Source: Candidatus Dormiibacterota bacterium
Lineage (GTDB): Bacteria; Chloroflexota; Dormibacteria; Dormibacterales; Dormibacteraceae
Assembly: GCA_035535055.1 (NCBI GenBank)
Contig: DATLQT010000108.1
Location: forward strand, 6,831-70,830
Direction of reading: 5' to 3'
DNA length: 64,000 bases
Shown here: positions 33,571-42,343 of the stretch, one piece after another
Numbering within the stretch: position 1 is the stretch's first letter
How the letters are laid out: each line of letters opens with the position of its first letter
Program-made: the position numbers and the translations under genes
Notes under the pieces: model-generated
The model's database searches: none
The model's input: only the letters and a program-made list of their open reading frames with translations
Told to the model about the DNA's origin: nothing

Positions 33571-34233
33571 GTGGTCCAGCGCGCCGCACCTTCCGCGCCG
33601 GTCGGGCTCTGGCTGAGCCTCGGCCAGGCCAGCCGCCTGCTCGGGATCACGCCCGCGACCCTTCGCCGCTGGGCCGACCAGGGGGAGGTCGCCACCTTCG
33701 TGACTCCCGGCGGCCACCGCCGCTTTCCGCGCTCGGTGATCGAGGGGATGGTCCCCCACGTTCGCAGCCGCCGTCCGTCGCTGGCCGGGCTCGGGGCCAG
33801 CCCGGAACGGATGGCGTTGGCCTACCGCCGGGCGCGCCCGGTTGAGCGCCCGGGGAGCCCTCGCTGGATGGCAGGCCTCTCGGAGGCCGATCGGGTGGAG
33901 TTCCGGGAGCGCGGTCGAAGGCTCCTGGCGATCCTTCTCGAGCACCTCGATGCCGAGGACACAGGGGCCGCGGCCGGCCACCTTGAACGCGCCGTCGCCG
34001 ACGCCACCGAGTACGGCGCGCTCTCGCGCAGCCTGGGCGCCTCGCTGACCGAAACGGTGGAGCTGTTCCTCCGCTTCCGCGGCTCCTTCGTCGGCGAGCT
34101 GGCCGGGGTGGCCCGCCGGCGACGGCTCGACACGCGCGAGGCGACGGCCCTGCTGGTTGCGGCGGAGACGGCGATGGACCGGCTGCTGGTCGCCCTCATG
34201 AGGGGCTTCGAGCAGGGAGGCGAGCCGGCATGA
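33571..34233 (+). CDS. HTH_17/MerR-excisionase-type DNA-binding protein with a C-terminal helical domain
   Basis: 220 aa with LSLGQASRLLGITPATLRRWADQGEVATFVTPGGHRRFPR. Its stop codon overlaps the hemA ATG (ATGA at 34230-33). Confidence 0.7.
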   Translation: MVQRAAPSAPVGLWLSLGQASRLLGITPATLRRWADQGEVATFVTPGGHRRFPRSVIEGMVPHVRSRRPSLAGLGASPERMALAYRRARPVERPGSPRWMAGLSEADRVEFRERGRRLLAILLEHLDAEDTGAAAGHLERAVADATEYGALSRSLGASLTETVELFLRFRGSFVGELAGVARRRRLDTREATALLVAAETAMDRLLVALMRGFEQGGEPA

Positions 34234-35123
34234 GCGGGCAGCCCTGGGTTGCCGGGGTCTCGGCCGCGGAGAGATCCGCGGAGGAGCGAGGAGAGCTCGC
34301 CGCCGAGCTTGCCCTGGCCGCCCGCGATGGACGGGGCCGGGTGCTCCTCGACACCTGCCACCGGGTGGAGCTGTACGGCTTCGACGAGGCGCCGGCGGCG
34401 GTTGCTGAGCTGCCGATCAAGACCGGCGCCGATGCTGTCAGCCACCTGCTCCGGGTGGCGGCGGGCCTCGAGAGCGCGGTGATCGGCGAGGAAGAGGTGC
34501 TCCACCAGGTGCGCGACGCCTTCCGGGCGGCCCTCACCGACCGTCCGCTCGATTTCCGCTCTCACCGGCTCTTTGAGGTCGCGCTCTCGGCGGGGCGGAG
34601 GGCGCGGTCCGGCCGCACCGCCAGCGGGGCCGGGCTGGCCGGGAGGGCGGTCGACTGGCTGGCCGCGCGTGGGCCTCTTGCCGGCCGGCCCGTGGTCGTC
34701 GCCGGCGCCGGGCGGATGGGATCGGCGCTGGCCCACGAGGCTCGCAAGCAGGGGGCCCTGGTGACCATCGCCAGCCGGGATGCGGGCCGGGCCCGGCGGC
34801 TGGCCGCCGTTTACGAGGGAACCGGGGTGGACCTGGCCGAGGGGGCCCGGCTGGCGCAGTCCAGCGTGGCCGTGGCGATCGCCCTCAGCGGGCCCTGGCA
34901 GGAGCTCGACGGCCTCGCCGACCCGCTGCCGCCGATCGCCGACATCTCCGCTCCGACGGCGGTCCCGGCCGCCCTTCGCAGCCGCCTCAACGGAGGCTTC
35001 CTGGGCGTGGACGAACTCTTCACCGGGCCGGGCGAGCCGCCGGCCGGCTACGTCGAAGCGGCCGAGCGGATCGTCGCCGCCAAGCTCGAGGAGTACCTCG
35101 GCTGGTTGGACGCGCGCCGTTGA
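34230..35123 (+). CDS. hemA: Glutamyl-tRNA reductase, short form (297 aa)
   Basis: Catalytic motif LDTCHRVELYG, GLESAVIGEEEVLHQV and the NADPH-binding motif AGAGRMG. The C-terminal dimerisation domain seems absent. Confidence 0.8.
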   Translation: MSGQPWVAGVSAAERSAEERGELAAELALAARDGRGRVLLDTCHRVELYGFDEAPAAVAELPIKTGADAVSHLLRVAAGLESAVIGEEEVLHQVRDAFRAALTDRPLDFRSHRLFEVALSAGRRARSGRTASGAGLAGRAVDWLAARGPLAGRPVVVAGAGRMGSALAHEARKQGALVTIASRDAGRARRLAAVYEGTGVDLAEGARLAQSSVAVAIALSGPWQELDGLADPLPPIADISAPTAVPAALRSRLNGGFLGVDELFTGPGEPPAGYVEAAERIVAAKLEEYLGWLDARR

Positions 35124-36004
35124 AGGTCCGCCTCGGCACCCGCGGCTCCCAGCTGGCCTTGGTCCAGGCGGGCCTGGTGGCCGATCGCCTGCGGGCGGCC
35201 GGGCATGAGGTCGAGGTGATGCGGATCGTCACCGAGGGCGACCTGCGACCGATCGACATGGTGGCGGGGGATGGCGTCTTCGTCGCCGCCATCGCCCGGG
35301 CGCTGATCGCCGGGGAGGTGGACGTCGCCGTCCACTCCGCCAAGGATGTGCCGCTGGAGGAGGAGGCCGAGCTGGTGATCGCCGCCTACCCGGAGCGGGC
35401 GGACGCTCGTGACGCGCTGGTGACGCGGGAGCGTGGCGCGAGCCTCGACAGCCTGCCGCCAGGTTGCAGCGTCGGCACCGACAGCCCGCGGCGCGCCGGT
35501 TTTGTTCGCGCGGCGCGCCCCGACCTGCGCGTGGTGCCTATCCACGGCAACGTGGACACCCGGCTCCGCCGCCTCGACGAGGGCGAGGTCGACGCGCTGA
35601 TACTCGCCGCCGCGGGCCTCGATCGCCTCGGCCGCGCCGACCGGATCGACCAGCGGCTGGATGCGCGGACGGTAACGCCGGCACCTGCGCAGGGGGCCCT
35701 GGCCATCCAGGCGCGCCGATCGGACACCCGGCTGAGGAGCGAACTCTCCGCCATCGACAACCCCTCGGTGCGGCTGGCGGTGAATGCCGAGCGGGCGGTT
35801 CTGGAAGCCACGGGCGGAACCTGCCGCGCCCCGGTGGGGGCGTTCGCGGTGGTCGATGAGGGCGATTTCGAGATGCTGGTCGGCGGCGTCAACAGCGACG
35901 GTACGGGCCTCCACCTCTCGGTCACCCGGAGCGCGGTCGGGGGGGCGATGGACGCTGCCCGACAGGCAGGTCTCGAGCTCAAACAGCGGGTGGCCCTCCG
36001 GTGA
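35120..36004 (+). CDS. hemC: Hydroxymethylbilane synthase (porphobilinogen deaminase)
   Basis: 294 aa with LGTRGSQLALVQA, AVHSAKDVP and the cofactor Cys in GGTCRAPVG. TTGA overlap with hemA. Confidence 0.9.
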   Translation: MKVRLGTRGSQLALVQAGLVADRLRAAGHEVEVMRIVTEGDLRPIDMVAGDGVFVAAIARALIAGEVDVAVHSAKDVPLEEEAELVIAAYPERADARDALVTRERGASLDSLPPGCSVGTDSPRRAGFVRAARPDLRVVPIHGNVDTRLRRLDEGEVDALILAAAGLDRLGRADRIDQRLDARTVTPAPAQGALAIQARRSDTRLRSELSAIDNPSVRLAVNAERAVLEATGGTCRAPVGAFAVVDEGDFEMLVGGVNSDGTGLHLSVTRSAVGGAMDAARQAGLELKQRVALR

Positions 36005-36696
36005 CGGCGGTGCTGCTGACCCGGCCCCTCGGAGCGGAGGACCCGCTGGCGATCTTCCTCGGTGAGCTCGGCTACCGTGTGCACGCCGTCCCGACGCTGG
36101 CGACCGAGCCGGTCCGGGTCGCGGCCGAGAGCCTGGCCGGGTTCGACTGGATCGTGGTCACCAGCGCGGCGGGCGTGGCGGCCCTGCCCGAGCTGCCGAC
36201 GGGGTCGCGCTGGGCGGCGGTCGGCGCCGCAACCGCCGCCGCGCTCGCCGAGCGCGGCGTGACCGCCGATCTGGTACCGGAGGTGTCCAACGGGGCCGCC
36301 ATCGCGGCGGCCATCCCCGGCCCGGCCGGGAGCCGGGTCCTGCTGGCGCGGGCGGACGCCGCGGCGGAGGACCTGCCGGTCCGGCTCCGCGAGCTCGGGG
36401 CCGAGGTGGTCGAGCTGGCCGTCTACCGCACGGTCGAGGCACCCCCGGATTCCCGGGCTGCGCTGGCGGAGGCGCTGGCGGACCCGGACCTGGCGGGCGT
36501 CGTCTTCGCCTCCGGCTCGGCGGTGCGCGGCTTCCTCGGCCTCGGCGGTACGGCCTCGTTGCCGGCGGTGACGATCGGGCCCCGGACGAGCCAGGTGGCC
36601 CGGGACAGCGGATTCAAGATCGCGGCCGAGGCCGCCCAGCAGACCACGCGGGAGCTCGCCGAGGCGGTCGCCCGCGCCTTTCCGTCGGAGGTTTGA
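36001..36696 (+). CDS. hemD: Uroporphyrinogen-III synthase
   Basis: 231 aa with the HEM4 two-lobe pattern. GTGA overlap with hemC, and its position in the operon supports the call. Confidence 0.8.
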   Translation: MTAVLLTRPLGAEDPLAIFLGELGYRVHAVPTLATEPVRVAAESLAGFDWIVVTSAAGVAALPELPTGSRWAAVGAATAAALAERGVTADLVPEVSNGAAIAAAIPGPAGSRVLLARADAAAEDLPVRLRELGAEVVELAVYRTVEAPPDSRAALAEALADPDLAGVVFASGSAVRGFLGLGGTASLPAVTIGPRTSQVARDSGFKIAAEAAQQTTRELAEAVARAFPSEV

Positions 36697-36702
36697 CGAT
36701 CC

Positions 36703-37713
36703 ATGGCTGAGCTCAAGACCCGGCTCCAAGTCCCCCTTCCCGCCGAGCGCCGGCCGCGCCGGCTCCGCGCCAGCCCGGCTCTTCGCAGGCTCGTCCGCGA
36801 GACCCGGCTCGACCCGGCCCAGCTGGTGGCCCCCCTCTTCGTCGTCTCCGGTCACGGCCGCCGCGAGGAGATCTCCTCTCTCAGGGGTCATTCACGGCTG
36901 AGCCCCGACCTCGCGGTCGTCGAGGCGCGCCGCCTGGCGGACCTCGGCGTCGGCGGCGTGCTGCTCTTCGGTCTCCCCGATGCCAAGGATGCGGAGGGGA
37001 CCGGCGCCCACGATGCCACCGGCCCGGTGCCGGAGACTCTGCGCCGGCTGCGCGACGCCGGGCTGCCGCTGGTCGCCATCGCCGACGTCTGCCTCTGCGA
37101 GTACACCGACCACGGCCACTGCGGCATCCTTCGCGGGGCCGAGGTGGACAACGACGCGACCCTGCCGCTGCTCGCGGAGGCGGCCGTCGCCTACGCGGAG
37201 GCGGGCGCCGGCATCGTCGCCCCGAGCGCGATGATGGACGGCCAGGTCGGCGCGCTGCGAGATGCGCTTGATGACGCGGGACACCCCGACACCGTGATCA
37301 TGGCCTACGCCTCCAAGCATGCCTCCGGCTTCTACGGCCCCTTCCGCGAGGCGGCCGGCTCGACGCCCGGCTTCGGCGATCGCAAGGCCTACCAGATGGA
37401 CTCCGCCAACGGCCGTGAGGCCCTGCTGGAGATGGAGCTCGACGTCGAGGAGGGCGCCGACCTGCTGATGGTCAAGCCCGCGATCACCTCCCTCGACCTG
37501 CTGGCCCTCGCCCGGCAGCGCTTCGACCTGCCGCTGGCCGCCTACCAGGTGAGCGGCGAGGCGGCGATGATCGAGGCCGCCGCCGAGCGGGGCTGGATCG
37601 ATCGCCGCACCGTCGTCCTGGAATCCCTGACGGCGATCGTGCGGGCCGGCGCCCAGGTCGTGATGACCTACTTCGCCGCCGACGCGGCCACCTGGCTGAG
37701 GGAGGATCGATGA
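36703..37713 (+). CDS. hemB: Porphobilinogen synthase (ALA dehydratase), Zn-type
   Basis: 336 aa with RRLRASPALRRLVRE, the Cys-rich metal site DVCLCEYTDHGHCG and the active-site Lys region MVKP. Confidence 0.9.
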   Translation: MAELKTRLQVPLPAERRPRRLRASPALRRLVRETRLDPAQLVAPLFVVSGHGRREEISSLRGHSRLSPDLAVVEARRLADLGVGGVLLFGLPDAKDAEGTGAHDATGPVPETLRRLRDAGLPLVAIADVCLCEYTDHGHCGILRGAEVDNDATLPLLAEAAVAYAEAGAGIVAPSAMMDGQVGALRDALDDAGHPDTVIMAYASKHASGFYGPFREAAGSTPGFGDRKAYQMDSANGREALLEMELDVEEGADLLMVKPAITSLDLLALARQRFDLPLAAYQVSGEAAMIEAAAERGWIDRRTVVLESLTAIVRAGAQVVMTYFAADAATWLREDR

Positions 37714-38387
37714 GCGACGCTCGCTTCGTCCACGCCCTCGCCCTTGGCATTGACCCGGCCTGGCGAAGGCTCCCGGCGGATGAGCGCCGCCGTGGGTTCG
37801 AAGAGCTCGCCACCGTCCTCGGCGAAGCCTCCGCGGTGACGACCTTCACCTACTCCTCGATCGGTATCGAGGCCGGCGCCGACCTCTTGCTCTGGAGCCT
37901 CGCGCCCTCGCTGGAGGCCCTCGAGGAGCGGGTGGCGGCGGCCCTCCGCACGAGCCTCGGCGGTTGGCTGACCGTGCGCGAGAGCTTTGTCGGCGTCATC
38001 CAACAGAGCCAGTACGTCAAAAAGCCGACGCCGCAAGAGCAGTCGCTCTTCAGCGGTGAGCGCTCGCACTACCTGGTCGTGTACCCCTTCACCAAGGGCA
38101 CCGACTGGTATCTGCTGGGCAAAGAGGCGCGGCAGGGGATCATGAACGAGCACATGCGGATCGGGCACGACTACCCAGAGATCCGCCAGCTCCTCGCCAA
38201 CAGCTTCGGCGTCGACGACATGGACTTCCTGGTCGCCTACGAGACCGACGACCTGGCCCACTTCGGCGAACTGGTGCGGGCGCTCAGAGGGACGGACAGC
38301 CGCCGCTCCACCGTGCGCGATACGCCGTTGCTGGTCGGCGTCCACCGGCCGCTGCCCGAGATCGCCGCGCTGCTCGGCGCCCGGTGA
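37710..38387 (+). CDS. chdC: Coproheme decarboxylase (chlorite dismutase family, HemQ/ChdC)
   Basis: 225 aa with YLVVYPFTKGTDWYLL...MNEHMRIGH...FLVAYETDDL. ATGA overlap with hemB. Confidence 0.85.
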   Translation: MSDARFVHALALGIDPAWRRLPADERRRGFEELATVLGEASAVTTFTYSSIGIEAGADLLLWSLAPSLEALEERVAAALRTSLGGWLTVRESFVGVIQQSQYVKKPTPQEQSLFSGERSHYLVVYPFTKGTDWYLLGKEARQGIMNEHMRIGHDYPEIRQLLANSFGVDDMDFLVAYETDDLAHFGELVRALRGTDSRRSTVRDTPLLVGVHRPLPEIAALLGAR

Positions 38388-39625
38388 CGTCGGCGGCAGC
38401 CTGGAGGGAGCGCGCGGCCGGGCTCTTCCCGGGAGGCGTCAACAGCCCCGTCCGCGCCTACCGGGCCGTCGGCGGTGACCCGCCGATCCTCGTCCGCGGC
38501 GCCGGGGCAGAGGTCTGGGACGCGGACGGCGACCGCTATCTGGACTACGTCGGGGCCTTTGGCCCGCTGCTCCTTGGCCACGCCCACCCGGCGGTGGTCT
38601 CCGCGATCAAAGAGGCGGTCGAGGCCGGCGGGTCCTTCGGCGCGACCGGGCCCGGCGAGGTGCGCCTGGCCGAGCTGATCCGGGAGCGGATGCCCTCGGT
38701 CGAACGGATGCGGTTTGTGAACAGCGGCACCGAGGCCGCGATGAGCGCCCTCCGCGTCGCGCGCGCGTCGACCGGTCGCGAGCTGGTCGTCAAGTTCGAC
38801 GGCGGCTACCACGGGCACTCCGACTCGCTGCTGGTGGAGGCCGGATCGGGCACGGCGACGCTCTCCATCCCCGGCAGCGCCGGGGTGGCCGCCGCGGTTG
38901 CCGCCCAGACGCTGATCGCGCCCTACAACGATCTCTCCGCGGTGGAACGGCTCTTCGACGCGCACCGGGGCCGCGTTGCGGCCGTGATCGTCGAGCCGGT
39001 CGCCGCCAACATGGGCGTGGTGGCGCCGGTCCCCGGTTTCCTCGAAGGCCTGCGCGAGCTGACCTCGAGCGACGGCTCGCTGCTTATCTTCGACGAGGTG
39101 ATCACGGGATTCCGGGTCGCCCCGGGCGGCGCCCAGGAGCTCTACGGCATCCGGCCCGATCTCACGGTGCTCGGAAAGATCATCGGTGGCGGCCTGCCGG
39201 TCGGCGCCTACGGCGGTCGCGCCGACCTGCTCGACCTGGTCGCACCCGCCGGCGACGTCTACCAGGCGGGGACGCTCTCCGGACACCCGGTGGTGATGGC
39301 GGCCGGGGAGGCGACCCTGCGGCTGCTGACCCCCGACGTTTACACGGCGGTGGACCGCCGCGCTGACCGCCTGCAGGAGGCGCTGGCGGGTCCCGGCCGC
39401 AGCACCGCGAGGGTCGGCTCGCTGCTGACGCTCTTCTTCCGGGATCGGCCGCCCCGCGACTTCGCCGAGGCGAAGGGGTCGGACACCGCGGCCTTCGCAA
39501 CCTTCTTCCGCGCCATGCGGGCCGCCGGGGTGCTGCTGCCACCCTCGCAGTACGAGGCGTGGTTCCTCTCTGCCGCCCACGACGACGCCGTCATCGACGA
39601 AACCATCGGAGCCCTTCCCCTATGA
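38384..39625 (+). CDS. hemL: Glutamate-1-semialdehyde 2,1-aminomutase
   Basis: 413 aa with FPGGVNSPVRAY, the FDEVITGFR region and a class III aminotransferase pattern. GTGA overlap with chdC. Confidence 0.9.
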   Translation: MTSAAAWRERAAGLFPGGVNSPVRAYRAVGGDPPILVRGAGAEVWDADGDRYLDYVGAFGPLLLGHAHPAVVSAIKEAVEAGGSFGATGPGEVRLAELIRERMPSVERMRFVNSGTEAAMSALRVARASTGRELVVKFDGGYHGHSDSLLVEAGSGTATLSIPGSAGVAAAVAAQTLIAPYNDLSAVERLFDAHRGRVAAVIVEPVAANMGVVAPVPGFLEGLRELTSSDGSLLIFDEVITGFRVAPGGAQELYGIRPDLTVLGKIIGGGLPVGAYGGRADLLDLVAPAGDVYQAGTLSGHPVVMAAGEATLRLLTPDVYTAVDRRADRLQEALAGPGRSTARVGSLLTLFFRDRPPRDFAEAKGSDTAAFATFFRAMRAAGVLLPPSQYEAWFLSAAHDDAVIDETIGALPL

Positions 39626-40650
39626 GCCTTTTCCTCGATGCCGCCAACCTCCGCCCCGCCGACCGGACCCCCATCTGGCTGATGCGGCAGGCCGGCCGCT
39701 CGCTGCCCGAGTACCGCCGGCTGCGGGAGCGCTGGAAGCTGGTCGACATCGTGGCCCAGCCCGAGCTCTGCGCCGAGGTGACGCTGCAACCGGTGCGCCG
39801 ACTCGGCGTCGACGCGGCCGTGATGTTCGCCGACATCATGCTGCCGCTGCGGGGCATGGGCGTGGACTTCGAGCTGGTCGAGGACGTCGGCCCCGTGATC
39901 GCCCGGCCGATCGAGTCGCCGGCCGACGTCGAGCGGCTCCGTGTTCCCTCCGGGGAGGAGGCGGCGCCCCAGGTGATCACCGCCGTGCGCCAGGTGGTCG
40001 CCGAGTCACCGGTGCCGGTGATCTGCTTTTGCGGCGCGCCCTTCACCCTCGCCAGCTATTTGATCGAGGGACGGCCGAGCCGGGACTTCAAGAAGGTGAA
40101 GGCCTTCATGTACAGCCAGCCGGAGGCATTCGATTCGCTGCTCGGCAAGCTGGCAGCGACCATGAGCGGCTACCTCGCGGCGCAGGTCGGCGCCGGCGCG
40201 GCGGCGATCCAGATCTTCGACTCCTGGGTCGGTGCGCTGGCGGTCGAGGACTACCAGGCGCGGGTTCTTGAGCACACGCGGGCGATCCTCGAGGCGGTGG
40301 CGCCCCTGGGCGTTCCCCGGATCCATTTCGGGACGCACACGGCAAGCCTCCTGGAGCTGATCGCCTCGGCCGGGCCTGACCTGGTCTCGCTCGACTGGCG
40401 GGTGCCGCTCGACAGCGGCTGGGCGAGGCTCGGCGACGGCTTCGGCGTCCAGGGGAATCTCGACCCGGCGGTGCTCCTCGGTCCCCCCGAGCTGGTCCGC
40501 GAGCGCGCCCGTGACGTTCTCCGCAGGGCCGCCGGCCGGCCCGGCCACGTCTTCAACCTCGGCCACGGTGTGCTCCCCGAGACGCCGCTCGAGAACCTGC
40601 AACTGCTGATTGAGACCGTCCACGAGTGGAGGGCTGCCCCGGTTGGCTGA
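39622..40650 (+). CDS. hemE: Uroporphyrinogen decarboxylase
   Basis: 342 aa from MSLFLDAANL (ATG 39622, ATGA overlap with hemL). PIWLMRQAGRSLPEYR is the URO-D signature. Confidence 0.9.
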   Translation: MSLFLDAANLRPADRTPIWLMRQAGRSLPEYRRLRERWKLVDIVAQPELCAEVTLQPVRRLGVDAAVMFADIMLPLRGMGVDFELVEDVGPVIARPIESPADVERLRVPSGEEAAPQVITAVRQVVAESPVPVICFCGAPFTLASYLIEGRPSRDFKKVKAFMYSQPEAFDSLLGKLAATMSGYLAAQVGAGAAAIQIFDSWVGALAVEDYQARVLEHTRAILEAVAPLGVPRIHFGTHTASLLELIASAGPDLVSLDWRVPLDSGWARLGDGFGVQGNLDPAVLLGPPELVRERARDVLRRAAGRPGHVFNLGHGVLPETPLENLQLLIETVHEWRAAPVG

Positions 40651-41551
40651 CCCCAAGACGGCGATCCTCTGCATGGCCTACGGCAGCCCCGCCGACGAGG
40701 CGGCCATTGAGCCCTACTTCACCCACATCCGGCGCGGCCGGGCGCCGTCGCCCGAGGACCTGGCCGAGCTGACCGCGCGCTACCGCGCGATCGGCGGCTC
40801 GCCGCTGGCCGAGATCACCGCCCGCCAGGCGGCGGCCCTCGGCGCGCGGCTGGAGATGCCCGTCTTCGCCGGCTACAAGCACGCGCCGCCCTTCGTGGGC
40901 GAGGTCGCCCGCGAGGTCGCGGCGACCGGTGCGACCCGGCTGATCGGCCTGCCGCTGGCCCCGCACTACGCGGCGATGAGCCTGGGCGGCTACCGAAAGG
41001 CCCTCGAGGAGGTGTGGGAGGGCGAGCTCGTCTTCGTCCCCGGCTTCCACGACCACCCGGCCTTCATCGCCGCGGTGGCCGGGCTGCTCGGCGAGGCGCT
41101 GGCCGGCTACCGGCCGGACCGCCTCTTCTTCACCGCCCACAGCCTGCCCGCCCGGATCATCGCCGAGGGGGACGGCTACCGAGACCAGCTGCTGGCCTCC
41201 TGCCGGCTGGTGGCTGGCCGGATGGAGCTGCCGGAGTGGGAGTTTGCCTTCCAGTCCGCCAGCACGACAGGCGAGCCGTGGCTCGGCCCCGACCTGCTGG
41301 AGGCGGTCGAGAGGTCCGGCGCCAGGAGCGTCCTGGTCTGCCCGGTCGGCTTTGTGGCCGACCACCTCGAGATCCTCTACGACCTCGACGTGGAGGCTCA
41401 GGCCTTCGCTCGCGAGAAGGGGGTCGAGATCCGCCGCACCGCCAGCTTCAACGACCGGCCGGTCTTCATCGAGGCCCTGGCCGAGGTGGTCAGGACCGCG
41501 CTTGGACCAGCACCTCGAGGGAGTCGACCAGGCGCGGACCCGGCCGGTTGA
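40643..41551 (+). CDS. hemH: Ferrochelatase / coproporphyrin ferrochelatase
   Basis: 302 aa from TTG 40643 (GGAGGG 10 nt upstream; 8-nt overlap with hemE). Pattern ILCMAYGSP...FTAHSLP...GFVADHLEILYDLD. Confidence 0.85.
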   Translation: MADPKTAILCMAYGSPADEAAIEPYFTHIRRGRAPSPEDLAELTARYRAIGGSPLAEITARQAAALGARLEMPVFAGYKHAPPFVGEVAREVAATGATRLIGLPLAPHYAAMSLGGYRKALEEVWEGELVFVPGFHDHPAFIAAVAGLLGEALAGYRPDRLFFTAHSLPARIIAEGDGYRDQLLASCRLVAGRMELPEWEFAFQSASTTGEPWLGPDLLEAVERSGARSVLVCPVGFVADHLEILYDLDVEAQAFAREKGVEIRRTASFNDRPVFIEALAEVVRTALGPAPRGSRPGADPAG

Positions 41552-42317
41552 AGTAGGCAGACCCGTCGAGGACCGCGACCCGACGAGCCCCGGTGGCCTC
41601 GATGCGGTCGCGGACCAGGTCGGCCTCGCGCTGGGCGCGCTCGCGGTCGAAGCCGCAGGGCGCCAGCACCAAGAGCTCGGGACGGAGGGCGATCACCTCC
41701 TCCCAGGAGCCGGCCACCGACGGCACCCCGGCCCGGGCGAGGGGATCGTCGATGCCCGCCAACCGGAGCAGATCGGGCGTCCAGTGCCCGGCCCGGTAGG
41801 GCGGGTCGAGCCACTCCAAGAAGACGCCACGGACCGGCCCCAGCTCCCGCGCCGCCGCCGCCGCGGCGGCGATCCGAGCCCGCAGGCCCTCCATGACCGG
41901 CGCCGGGTCGGTGGTGCAGGCGCGGGCGAGCTCCTCCATGTCGGCCAGCACCCCCTCGAAGGTGTGGGGATGCTGGCGGAGCATCGGGATTCCCTCCAGG
42001 TCGTCGGCGACCTCGTCCGCGGAGACGGCGCAGACCCGGCAGACGTCCTGGGCGATCACCAGGTCCGGCCGTAGCTCGCGGATGGCCGCGGTGTCCACCT
42101 CGTACAGCGAGCGTCCTTCGGCGGCGGCCAGGGCGACCTCCGCCTCGATCCCGCCACTGTCCTCAAGGGCCAGGGCGAGCGTGGAGCGGGTAACCACCGG
42201 CAGGAGAGCCGCCTCGGGTGGGAAGTCGCATTCGTGGGTGACCGCGACCAGGCGGCCGCCGAGGCCGAGGGCGAAGAGCGACTCGGTGGCGCTGGGCAGC
42301 AGCGAGACGATCCTCAT
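41490..42317 (-). CDS. BtuF/FhuD-like (Peripla_BP_2) binding protein without a signal peptide
   Basis: 275 aa with MRIVSLLPSATESLFALGLGGRLVAVTHECDFP...PDLVIAQD. No signal sequence or lipobox, and no permease or ATPase gene nearby. Its 3' end overlaps the hemH 3' end by 62 nt. Confidence 0.7.
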   Translation of the reverse strand: MRIVSLLPSATESLFALGLGGRLVAVTHECDFPPEAALLPVVTRSTLALALEDSGGIEAEVALAAAEGRSLYEVDTAAIRELRPDLVIAQDVCRVCAVSADEVADDLEGIPMLRQHPHTFEGVLADMEELARACTTDPAPVMEGLRARIAAAAAAARELGPVRGVFLEWLDPPYRAGHWTPDLLRLAGIDDPLARAGVPSVAGSWEEVIALRPELLVLAPCGFDRERAQREADLVRDRIEATGARRVAVLDGSAYFNRPGPRLVDSLEVLVQARS

Positions 42318-42343
42318 TTCGCCATGGTGTCATCGTTTGAGCG

